From the NCBI GenBank assembly GCA_965218695.1, contig OZ244651.1, forward strand, positions 800,001 to 864,000: 64,000 bases of DNA, written 5' to 3'. Positions 19,915 to 29,995 of the stretch are shown piece by piece. The notes beneath the pieces were generated by a model, which worked only from the letters and a program-made list of their open reading frames with translations, had not been told where the DNA came from and searched no databases. The DNA comes from Nitrosopumilus sp. Its GTDB lineage: Archaea > Thermoproteota > Nitrososphaeria > Nitrososphaerales > Nitrosopumilaceae. Position 1 is the first letter of the stretch, and the number at the start of each line of letters is the position of its first letter. The position numbers were made by a program, and so were the translations under genes.

Positions 19915-20622
19915 TCATTTATGGGCAATTTTGATATGAATTTTTAATTCTTGGTATACGAACACATTTACCATCGGGATGTCTCTGGGTATTTCATCTA
20001 GTATATCACTATAGTCGTTCAAGATGACTGCGCCATAATGTTCCATCTTGTCCAACCATCTTGGACGGGATCTTGCAACAGTACGGCATACGAACAACGG
20101 TCTTCCCAACCTAAGAGTCTCCCATCCTTGATGGATGGTACCGCTACTCTCACCTGCCTCTACTATTACAGTAGCGTTGGATATCAGTGCCATCGTTTTG
20201 TTCCGTGCGACGAAATTGCCTTTGAATACTAACTTGCCAATAGGAAACTGGGATACGACCAGATGGTTCATTGCGATATCATTTTGAAGATCACGGTTTT
20301 CTTTGGGATACTGCCTATCCAAGGGTGTCCCTAGGACAGCTATTGTCCTACCTTTCTGGATGGCAGTCCGGTGAGCTATGGTATCTATTCCCTTGGCCAA
20401 ACCACTCACCACTGTAACGCCCTCATCTACAAGCATCTCCGTTACAGCTCGAGCCTCTTTTATCCCCTCTTCGGTGGGTTTTCTGGTGCCCACAATTGAC
20501 ACTCTGGGCGGACGGAGTGGGATGTTCATTGGTCCTTCTGCGTATAGTTGTTTGGGGGCATTCTTCTTCTCAACGTCGTTGAGTTGCCTTCCCAACAGAT
20601 CATCAAGCAGTAGCGCTTTCAT
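19915..20622 (-). CDS. dprA: DprA/Smf-like protein, short form (Rossmann/SLOG domain only)
   Basis: VSIVGTR, VVSGLAKGID, TIAVLGTP, FVARNKTM and VEAGESSGT motifs; no SAM or winged-helix extensions; AT-richer than the flanks. Confidence 0.9.
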   Translation of the reverse strand: MKALLLDDLLGRQLNDVEKKNAPKQLYAEGPMNIPLRPPRVSIVGTRKPTEEGIKEARAVTEMLVDEGVTVVSGLAKGIDTIAHRTAIQKGRTIAVLGTPLDRQYPKENRDLQNDIAMNHLVVSQFPIGKLVFKGNFVARNKTMALISNATVIVEAGESSGTIHQGWETLRLGRPLFVCRTVARSRPRWLDKMEHYGAVILNDYSDILDEIPRDIPMVNVFVYQELKIHIKIAHK

Positions 20623-20851
20623 GCATCAAGTTGATGATAGTATTTTTAAAACTTATTGCATCGTAGGATAATCCAGAAGCAATTCATTCGGGCAAATTTT
20701 TGACGTAGGCAGATCGATAGCGCGTGACTAGTGGTTTTGCTAGGCACCATGCAATCTAAACCGTTACTCGAGCCTGTAGAGCCGTTGTGGCAGAATTAGG
20801 CTGGCATAAAAAATACATTTTCATTTACGGAATTCATACTTGTAGTTATAT

Positions 20852-21364
20852 ATGCCAGAATTGATACGCCAAGACATGGCACGAGTCGGCATAATAATCG
20901 TGGTGGGTGCAGTGATAGCATCCATGACTGCAGCCATGTACGCATACATAGAATATCAGACAAACTACATTGAGGTAAATGCCGGCGATGCTATCACCAT
21001 AGGTCCGGTGGAATACGTGGTAATGTTTGACGGAACCCATGAGGGAAGCAAGGCTGTCAGGGCCAACAACACGTTTGTCCAGATCATGATCACTGCAAAA
21101 AACATCGGCGATGAGAGAACGCTATTTTCAGGGGGGCAGATGTATATCTTAGACGGGGACGGAGAGAGGCACAAGGCGGTCCACGGCGCATTCTCCGCCA
21201 AGGATCTGCTTGTGGAATGGCTGGAGCCGGACAAGCCAGTCGAGAGAACCACGCAGTTTGACATACCGTTCGATGAGGAGAGTAGGTATGATGTCCTCAT
21301 AAGGCCACAAAAGGAGCAGTCATCATCGGATGTTGCAGTAATCTGCATAGCCAACTGCCAGTAG
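20852..21364 (+). CDS. DUF4352-like membrane-anchored Ig-fold protein
   Basis: N-terminal TM helix; FVQIMITAKNIG...LEPDK..FDIP pattern. Confidence 0.7.
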   Translation: MPELIRQDMARVGIIIVVGAVIASMTAAMYAYIEYQTNYIEVNAGDAITIGPVEYVVMFDGTHEGSKAVRANNTFVQIMITAKNIGDERTLFSGGQMYILDGDGERHKAVHGAFSAKDLLVEWLEPDKPVERTTQFDIPFDEESRYDVLIRPQKEQSSSDVAVICIANCQ

Positions 21365-21712
21365 GCAAAACCATAAGCCTGTATTTTCCGCACTGCTGGA
21401 AAGTCTGCATTGCCTGTTTCTGAGAGGACGCCACATCGACGCAGTATCGTTTTGCAGCACACGTGATCATCGCTGCACGACGCCCATCCTGACAAACCAA
21501 GTTATGGGCATGGCCCTGTTGCCGGCCGGGTTCCTGCAGAGCCGGCGGACATTTTCACCGCATCCCGCACAGGAACTCGTGCCTTGCAGGACACTCTTTT
21601 CGGCGGCGGCGGCATCAAAAGGCATGCGGCAAAAAACAGGCATCCGGACCAGGCAGTACAAGGTCGCATACCTGACGCCTGCTCCTTAGCTTGAGGCAGT
21701 AAATATACAATG

Positions 21713-21734
21713 TTTCTAAATTCGAATTTAGAAA
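21713..21734. repeat. 22-bp perfect palindrome, second exact copy
   Basis: Identical to 13062-13083, with 27 bp of identity including flanks; 3 bp downstream of the PPOX stop codon. Confidence 0.9.
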
Positions 21735-21737
21735 TAC

Positions 21738-22151
21738 TCAGGATTCAGCATTGTTGATCTTTAGCCGGGGCATGACAAATACGCTGGCAGGCCGGATTCT
21801 CAGGATGATCCTCTTTTCGCCGTCATGCCTGAACGGGTAACGATCACGACCCATGTACTTTTGTGCAAGCTTGTCTATATGCCCATAGTCATAGTCGGGA
21901 ATAATCTCCACGACAGTGCCACGGACAGTCGCCATGTCAAGCGGATTGTTCCCGGATACGACAGATACTGCGACGCGGGGGTCACGCAGAATGTTTTTGT
22001 GCTTTGTTCTTCCCTCTGCCGTGTTGACTAGGATATGGCTGTCCTCATAGTCTGCCCATACCGGGGAGACCTGCGGGGAACCGTCCTTCATGACAGTTGC
22101 GATAAAGACAAGATTTGCCTCAGAGAACAATCTTGACGCCTGTTCATTCAT
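21738..22151 (-). CDS. PPOX-class (pyridoxamine 5'-phosphate oxidase-like) F420-dependent oxidoreductase
   Basis: ATVMKDGSPQVSPVW, KHKNILRDPRV and LAQKYMG..YP motifs; start placed at MNEQAS. Confidence 0.85.
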   Translation of the reverse strand: MNEQASRLFSEANLVFIATVMKDGSPQVSPVWADYEDSHILVNTAEGRTKHKNILRDPRVAVSVVSGNNPLDMATVRGTVVEIIPDYDYGHIDKLAQKYMGRDRYPFRHDGEKRIILRIRPASVFVMPRLKINNAES

Positions 22152-22830
22152 GGAAACTGTCACAGCGGCCTGTAACAAAAATCTTCTGCAGGCTGCATGC
22201 CTGCAGGATGCAAAAGAACGCCATTCGGTTCGGATTCACGGCCGACCGGTATTGGGGGGGGATGTCCGGTTTTCATGCATGATTGCGTCTGCATCAGACC
22301 ATCAACATAATTGTGTCATAGTGCCACAAAAAACAGCAGGACATGGCACCCCCAACCATGACGTGCATCACATGCAGTGGCTCCTGCCGGCGTCTTCCCC
22401 ACGGCATCATCATGGTATTGGTATGATATTCATTGGACTGGTATGCATGATACCAATATGATATGGGTGATATCGATATGATATATGTGATATCGGCATG
22501 ACATTCAAGACATAAAGATGATATCTATCCCATACATGGAATACAAATCAGATCGGCATGGTTGAAGCAGTATCAATGGTATGGTCATGGTATTGGAAGA
22601 ATCCAGATGATGCCAGCAGAATGACAGCGATTCTATGACACATGTCCCCGTACCGTGGCAGCTGCCATGACAGTGGTGTGACACTTTTGAGATGGTGGCA
22701 AAAAGATCCCGCCCCGGCAGCCCACGTGCCGAAAGGCACCCAAAACGGGGGTCAGGATGCCATGTGCCGTAAAACAAAATTCGAGTCAACGTGCCTCTGC
22801 ATGAGCAGGGCAGACATGATGCTGCCATCA

Positions 22831-24130
22831 TGCATAGTCGGGGACATAATGTTTCGCTAATTTGACGGTGCGGATTTGTGAGCAAACAACCGAAAAACTT
22901 TGATCCTAGGACATATTGAAAATTGGCATGATATTTTCAAAGGCGCTGTGCAGGAAAGACAGGCTGCCCAAGGGCAACGAATTCCTGCAGGATACAAACC
23001 AAGATGAGATCCTCCGGATGATTAACCAGACGCCGTCCGGCAAGGCGCGGGACATATTGGTTGCATGCCACAAGAGAAAAGCCGGGATGAGCCTGCACGC
23101 CATATCGAGTGCGATGATGAAGCCGTATTCCACCATACGCGGCTGGCTGGTAAGGGTCACCAGGCGCGGGCTGGCAGGCAGGTTTGACAAAAAGTCTACC
23201 GGAAGAAGGAGGATGCTGGGAGAACGCTCGGTTTGGATGATAAAGGCCTGGCTCCTGGAGGCGCCGTCAAAATTCGGGTTCGAGTCCGCGTCATGGAGCA
23301 CAAGGATGCTGCTTGGTGTAATCATGGACTGGATCGGCATGGGCGCCAGCGCCCGTACGCTGCGACGGGTATTGCGCCGGCTCGGATTCTCATACACGAA
23401 ACCAAGACCCGTGCCCCGCAGGTCTGCCACGGCAGAAGAACAAAAGCGGTTCAAGGAGGAGACGACCGAGTCTATCCTAGGCATGATTTCGAGTGGACGC
23501 ACGGTACTTGCAGGAGACGAGGTCGCAGTCCAGCTGGGGGCAAGCGCCGGGTACGGGTGGAGGCCAATCGGAGGCGGCAATACGGTAGACACGGCGTTCA
23601 GCACAAAGTCATCCCGGATGTTTGGCGCGCTGTCATCTGAGAGGATCCACGTAAAGGACGTAGAGTACACAAATTCCGAGACGTTCAAGGATTTCCTGAC
23701 GGACATGCGCCAGACGTACGGGAAATTTGTCATGATCTTGGACAACGCGTCATACCACAAGACCGACACGGTCACGGATTTTGTAAATGGTACCAACGGG
23801 GACATACGGCTGATATTCCTCCCGCCGTACACCCCACAGCTCAACCCCATCGAGGTCCAGTGGAGGGTGCTCAAGAAAACACTTGCCGGGCGGCAGTTCA
23901 AAACAACAGATGAAGTCGTGGATGTCGTCAAGAGAATAATCAACTCAGGCGAGATGAAGCCGGTCAAGATGATGAAATATCTTACGCCGTAAAGGCATTC
24001 CCGGAAATTCTTGCAACAAACTTAGTCAGATTACATCCCTGTACCCTGCCAACTTGGTATAATTCTAAGATGGGCGGTAGCTACAGTCTGGACGGGAAAA
24101 AGAGCGAAACATTATGTCCCCGACTATGCA
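22831..24130 (+). mobile_element. IS630-family element
   Basis: Perfect 28-bp IR TGCATAGTCGGGGACATAATGTTTCGCT (22831-22858 / 24103-24130); its outer bases include the TA target. Confidence 0.92.
22916..23992 (+). CDS. IS630 transposase
   Basis: LGFSYTKPRP, AGDE, ILDNASYH and LPPYTPQLNPIEVQW motifs. Confidence 0.93.
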   Translation: MKIGMIFSKALCRKDRLPKGNEFLQDTNQDEILRMINQTPSGKARDILVACHKRKAGMSLHAISSAMMKPYSTIRGWLVRVTRRGLAGRFDKKSTGRRRMLGERSVWMIKAWLLEAPSKFGFESASWSTRMLLGVIMDWIGMGASARTLRRVLRRLGFSYTKPRPVPRRSATAEEQKRFKEETTESILGMISSGRTVLAGDEVAVQLGASAGYGWRPIGGGNTVDTAFSTKSSRMFGALSSERIHVKDVEYTNSETFKDFLTDMRQTYGKFVMILDNASYHKTDTVTDFVNGTNGDIRLIFLPPYTPQLNPIEVQWRVLKKTLAGRQFKTTDEVVDVVKRIINSGEMKPVKMMKYLTP

Positions 24131-24175
24131 TATCAGTCTGCAATCAGGAGCAGATCTGGATATCACAGGGACGGA

Positions 24176-25003
24176 TCAGGGCAGGCGCAGGCCTGTCAGT
24201 CCTTCATATGCCAGGGTGTAGCGCCGTGTCATCTTTGCGACAATTTCAGGGGAAATCTCAGGTGCGACAGGCTCTGCTCCTGCGGCACGGGCATCCTCAA
24301 ACTGCTTTTGATAACCGGCTTCAGTAAGCCAGTCGCGCAGCAGCTGCTTGTCATATGCCTCCTGTATATGGCCCACCTCAAATGAGTCCTTTAGCCACAA
24401 CCGGTACTCGTCAGGGCCTATCGAGTCCCCAAGGGTGATACGGCCGTCAAGGATCCCAAACTCCAGTTTCAGATCAGCCAGTATGAATCCTGCATCATCT
24501 GCAATCCGGGCCATCTTCTGATAAATTCCGACTGATACCTGCTCAAGGGTGTCATACTGCTCAGGGCTTACCAGGTTCCTTTGGATTGCACCCTCCCTGT
24601 CAACAGGAACATCATGCTCTGATTTTGTGGTGGGGTCAAAGACGGGTACCGGCAGTCTTGATGCAAGTCTGGTGTCTGCGCCGTCAGGGAGTGTCGCGGT
24701 GCCGTTCTTCCATCTGCTGACCAGACTGCCATAAAAGTATCCGCGTACCACACATTCAATTGGAAGCATGTTCATTTTTTTTACGACGATCTCGGTATCT
24801 GACTGGCGTCTTACAAAATGGTTCGGGGTCTCAAGCCTGTCAAACCAAAACTCTGCAAACCTGCACAGCACCTCCCCCTTTCTGGGGATATCCTGTCGAA
24901 ACTTTACATCATACGCAGAGACCCTGTCTGAAAACCTGAAGAGGAGCGTCTCAGCATCCACTTCATAAATGTCCTTTACCTTTCCGCTTGCAAGAAACCT
25001 CAA
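24176..25003 (-). CDS. purC: phosphoribosylaminoimidazole-succinocarboxamide synthase
   Basis: [32 protein letters not shown] and DKQLLRDWL motifs. Confidence 0.96.
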   Translation of the reverse strand: MRFLASGKVKDIYEVDAETLLFRFSDRVSAYDVKFRQDIPRKGEVLCRFAEFWFDRLETPNHFVRRQSDTEIVVKKMNMLPIECVVRGYFYGSLVSRWKNGTATLPDGADTRLASRLPVPVFDPTTKSEHDVPVDREGAIQRNLVSPEQYDTLEQVSVGIYQKMARIADDAGFILADLKLEFGILDGRITLGDSIGPDEYRLWLKDSFEVGHIQEAYDKQLLRDWLTEAGYQKQFEDARAAGAEPVAPEISPEIVAKMTRRYTLAYEGLTGLRLP

Positions 25004-25048
25004 ACACCCCTGTTCAGTCAGGGCAGAATTTAACTGATGGTATCAAAA

Positions 25049-26376
25049 GGCTCTGTAAAGTTACGGTGACCCGCGACTTGACTGATCCGCATCGACTAAA
25101 GTATTCGAATCCGGCTTCCCGGATCTAGCCCTCGCCATCGCTTCATCTGCGGACCCGACCGGGCCGAACCACAGCCCACGTGCAAGTATGTTGTTACCTG
25201 CATTCTTGTCCCTGTCTATGGACACGTGGCAGTGTTTGCACCTGACCATCCGGTACGCTTCGGAGTTTGTCTTCCCCCCCCCCACATTCCGCGCACCTTG
25301 ATGACGTGCCTGCCGCCGATACTTTCTTGGTCGGAAGGCCGAGCCTTCTAGCCTTGTATTCAACCATGAATTGCAAAATATGATATCCCCAACTGTTCAA
25401 CTTGGTTCTGGTTTTCCTTGATGCCTTGCCGCCCTTTTTCCATCCCTCTTTCATGTCCGTCAAATCCTCCATGACGATTCCCGGGTTCCGCGAGATGATC
25501 TCGTTTGCTGCCGCGTGCATGAGGGGCGCGGTCCTGTCTTTTTCTTTCTTGCCGTATTTGCCTGCGATCTCTTTTCTTATCCTGTGGTCGTTGCGCGTAA
25601 GATGGCCCACCTTCTCCCTGCATTTGGTGCGGACATGCCTGACTTTGGCCATGCCGGTCACTTTGACGTTACATTGGTTGTCGTACGTGGTGATGTTGTC
25701 CAAATTCAGATCCATTCCGAGCCATCCATCGGGAACCGTTTGTTCAACGGTCTCCGAGTATGGCACGATCAGCCTGTCCTTGGTCAGCGTGATGCCGCCG
25801 AGTTTTTTGCCTTGGATCTTTTCTAGCACGTACGGGGCAAGCCTGATTCGGACATGATTCCCCAACATCATGGGGATTTCAATGAAACCGTCAATGATCT
25901 TGTAGTTCTGATTGTTTATCTTGAGCAATTCCTTTCTGACGTACGGCCGCGTAATCTTTTTGGGCTTTTTGACGGATTGGTTCTTGCGGTTTTTGGGCTT
26001 GGCCTTCCTTGCGGCCTTGCGAAGCACGGTGCGCCAGGACTTCAGCAGTGACGTGCCGGCCTTGATTGCCTCCTGCGTGTGTGTGGCATAGTGTCCTTCC
26101 CGCCTCAATTCGGGATACGCGAGTTCCTGGAACTTTTTGGTTGACGTTATGTTGTGTAGCATTCCGAGCCTGATGGCCTCGTTGGTGTCGTGCCTGAAAT
26201 TCTCAAACGTTTCCTTGATCTCGTCGTGCTTGTCGTGGAACTGCCAGATGCATTCAGTATGTGTCACAGATCATGTGGCCGTTCGCGGCTTTTAAGGGCG
26301 GCAGAGCTCACGACATCCGCATGTGTCCGTGATCGTGCGCTGGTATGGGATTGGGTCCCTGTAACTTTACAGTTCC
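25049..26376 (-). mobile_element. non-autonomous TIR-bounded element carrying tnpB
   Basis: 24-bp imperfect TIR GGCTCTGTAAAGTTACGGTGACCC / GGAACTGTAAAGTTACAGGGACCC (20/24 identical); 8-bp direct repeat TATCAAAA (25041-25048, 26377-26384). Confidence 0.8.
25061..26267 (-). CDS. tnpB: TnpB RNA-guided endonuclease (IS200/IS605-type), frameshifted at a G10 tract
   Basis: RuvC-I LGMDLN, RuvC-II VMEDL, zinc finger TSSRCAECG / CKHC and RuvC-III DRDKNAGNNI. The C-terminal part is in another frame; removing one base from the C10 run at 25274-25283 gives 401 aa. Confidence 0.88.
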
Positions 26377-26490
26377 TATCAAAAGTAAACGGGGTGTCGG
26401 ACAAACCTTGGATTCAGGATGTTTAGTCTTGCCGGACTGCCCTAAGGAAAGTGCCGAGTAGTTCTGCCACATCGTGTACCGGATGTTGAT

Positions 26491-26733
26491 TTACCAGCGA
26501 TTTTTCAGGTTCCGGCGATAGGTGTATGTGGCATTGTTGCCCCTCACCACGAGGAGCCTGCATACTTTGCAGTTGGAGCACTCCTCGTAAATCTTGTAGT
26601 CGTCGCCGCTCAGGGCAAACCAGCCCGGATTGGACTTTTTGCCCACCCTGCACCGCGTCCACGCGTGATCCTTCTTGGGACAGTCAGGGCAGTCCGACGT
26701 CCATTTGTCTGGCGGCATGTCAGTCATTGGCAT
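26491..26733 (-). CDS. small Cys-rich hypothetical protein (possible zinc ribbon)
   Basis: 80 aa with CPDC and CSNC motifs. Confidence 0.5.
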   Translation of the reverse strand: MPMTDMPPDKWTSDCPDCPKKDHAWTRCRVGKKSNPGWFALSGDDYKIYEECSNCKVCRLLVVRGNNATYTYRRNLKNRW

Positions 26734-26811
26734 TTCCCTCCGCAGAACTTGGTTGGGACAAATTTAGGCTTTTCGCCAGTCGCTTCGTTCACATTCCCAC
26801 CGATTTCAACA

Positions 26812-29800
26812 CTAGGGGTGAATGATACCGGCGACGGGAAAGAAGGGAGGTCGGATGCTGATTATCTGCACATTCTCGTCGACCCAGCTTGTAGCCAGCG
26901 CGTAAGGAGAACCGTCGACAACGACGGTTGCGACAGAGATTGCCCTTTTGAGTTCGTCGGAAACTTTTCCATCATACACAATCGCAACCTGCCGGGGCGA
27001 GCGGGGATCGAATATGTCAATTATCTGGACGCCGTGATCGAGGATGGACGCGACTAGAACGTAGGCAGCGTCGCTAGTCGTAATGGCTGCAACAGACATA
27101 GCCCCGGCGAGTTTGCGAAAAGATATTCCGTCAGTCATGGATGCGGCCGGTTCCGGGGAGTGAGGATCAGATATGTCTATAATCTGGACGCCGTGATCGA
27201 GGATGGACGCGACTATCGCGTACGTGGAGTTGCCAATCACGGCAGAATCTATCGAGATTGCCCCGGCTAGCCTGTCAAAGAGGATTCCGTCTGACACGGA
27301 TGCGGTAGGCTCGGGAGAATGTGGGTCGGATATGTCGATTATCTGGACGCCGTTGTCTGCAACCGACGCGACCAGCGCGTACGTGGAGTCGCCAATCACG
27401 GCAGTAGTTATGGACCGTGCCCCGCCAAGCCTGTCAAAACCGGCCTCATCTGTAACAGTGTCGTCCCGTATGGATGCGACAGGCACAGGAGAATGTGGGT
27501 CGGATATGTCGATTATCTGGATTCCGTCGTCATTCCAGCCTGCGGCCAGCGCGTACGTGGAGTCGCCAACCCGAACGGTTGCCACGGAGATGGTCCCGTC
27601 CAGTTCGTCAAAGACTTTATCATCTGTCCCGTCAAAGACTTCCCCGTCGCGCACGAATGCGACCGGCTCGGGTATTGCAGGATCAGACATATCGATTATC
27701 CACATGCCATTATCCGTAATAGACGCGACCAGCGCGTACGTGGAACCGGCAATCACGGCAGTGGACATGGAGGTCACCCCAGTCAGGCCGTCAAGCATAT
27801 TCTTGCCGTACACGGGAACTACCGGCACGGGAGAGGCAGGGTCAGATATGTCAATGACTCTGATGCCCAGGTCTGCCACCGACGCGATCAGCGCGTACGT
27901 GGAATTGCCAACCCGGGCGGTTGTCACGGAATTTGTCTCGGCCATTCTGTCAAAGACTGTTTTGTCAGATATTGAACCCACCGGTCTCGGATAGTATGGA
28001 TTGAATATGTTGATTATCTGGATTTCGTCGTCAATCCAGCTGCCGGCTAGCACGTAGGATCTGCCGTTGAACCATGTGGTGACAACGGAGGTTGTACCGG
28101 CAAGCCCGTCAAAGACGGCCCCGTCAAACATGGATGCGGCCAGTTCTGGGGAATGGGGGTCTGACAGGCGGATGATTTGTGCCCCGCTGTCTCCAACCGA
28201 CGCTACCACCGCATAAGGCGCGGTATGAATTTGGATAGTGTCTATCGACACCACGCCGGCAAGCCTGTCAAAGACGTCTCCGTCAGACATGGATGCAACC
28301 GGCCGGGGATCTTTGGGTTTTGTGAGGTCGATTATCTGGACTCCGTTGTCTGCAAATGATGCGACCAGTGCGTAGGGCGTATTGTAAATCACGGCAGTGG
28401 TTATCGACACCGCGCCGGCCAGCTCGTCAAAGCCGCCTAGTCCGTCGGATGCAGACGATATGGATATGGGATTTCCAGGGTTGGTGATGTCGATTATCTG
28501 GACGCCGTCGTCTGCCCAGCTTGCGACCAGCGCGTAATGGGAGTCGTCGATGGTGATCGTGGTAATTGATGCTGCGCCGGCTAGCTTGTCAAACGGCTCT
28601 CCGTCAGATATTGATGCGACCGGAGCTGGATCTGTGGGATCTGTGATGTCGATTATCTGGACGCCGTCGTCTGCCCAGCTTGCGACCAGCGCGTAATGGG
28701 AGTCGTCGATGGTGATCGTGGTAATTGATGCTGCGCCGGCTAGCTTGTCAAACGGCTCTCCGTCAGATATTGATGCGACCGGAGCTGGATCTGTGGGATC
28801 TGTGATGTCGATTATCTGGACGCCGTCGTCTGCCCAGCTTGCGACCAGCGCGTAATGGGAGTCGTCGATGGTGATTGTGGCAATAGAGTTTGCCCCGGAG
28901 AGCTCGTCAAAGTCCGCCCCGTCTGATATGGATGCGACCGGCACCGGATTGTGGGGGTTTGATATGTCAGATATCCGTACTTCGTTGTTGGTAACTGATG
29001 CTGTCAGGGAGTAGGTGGACTCACCAATTGAAACCGTCGTCATGGAATTTGCCCCCACTAGTTTGTCAAAAGATATTTTGTCATGCAGTGATGCGGCCGG
29101 TGCGGGATCTGTGGGATCAGTAATGTCGATTATCTGGATGCCATCGTCAATCCAGCTTGCAGTCAGCGCGTATGGGTGGCCGGTAATTCGAACTGCTGCC
29201 ACAGACATCACCCCGGAGAGCTCGTCAAAGTCCTCCCCGTCTGATATGGATGCGGCAGGTACCGGATTGTGGGGATCGGATATGTCGATTATCTGCACGC
29301 CGCTGTCGGCAACGGATGCTACCAGGGCGTAAGGCGTCTTGTCGATCCAGATAGTGGTAATGGAGTTTGCCCCGGAGAGCTCGTCAAAGTCCTCCCCGTC
29401 TGATATGGATGCGGCAGGTACCGGATTGTGGGGATCGGATATGTCGATTATCTGCACGCCGTTGTCGGCAACGGATGCTACCAGGGCGTAAGGCGTCTTG
29501 TCGATCCAGATAGTGGTAATGGAGTTTGCCCCGGAGAGCTCGTCAAAGTCCTCCCCGTCTGATATGGATGCGGCCGGCACGGGGAAGGCAGGGTCGGATA
29601 TGTCGATTATCTGCACGCCGCTGTCGGCAACGGATGCTACCAGGGCGTAGAGGGAATCGCGGATTTGGACGGTTGTGATTGAACGCGCCCCTGCAAGTTC
29701 GTCAAAGGTAGCCACAATGGGCACGTGGTCAAACCTATCACCGCCGGTGATATTCCATTTGCCACGTTCGTCAAAAACCATTCCATCAGACACGGACGCG

Positions 29801-29988
29801 ACCGACTTGGGGGAGGCAGGATCTGTTATGTTGATTATCTGGATGCCATTATCTGCAACGGACGCGACCAGCGCGTAAAGGGAGCCGTCAAGCCAGGCAG
29901 TTGTGATAGATATTGCCCCGTCAAGCCTGTCAAATTCCCTCCCGTCGGATATGGACGCTACCGGCTTGGGGGAGACAGGGCGGGACAT
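26812..29988 (-). repeat. about 19-20 tandem LVIVD-like coding repeats (159-nt period), some nucleotide-identical
   Basis: GACGCCGTCGTCTGCCCAGC recurs at 28501, 28660 and 28819; a second near-identical block lies at about 29210-29650. Confidence 0.9.
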
Positions 29989-29995
29989 GTCGATT

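Noticed and set aside
14929-23967. Long antisense ORFs over transposases (e.g. 14929-15753, 17704-18474, 22906-23967)
   Set aside because: They are shadow ORFs on the strand opposite clear genes and have no recognisable motifs.
25061-26267. TnpB as Cas12f of a CRISPR system
   Set aside because: No repeat-spacer array or cas1/cas2/cas4 is visible nearby in the window.
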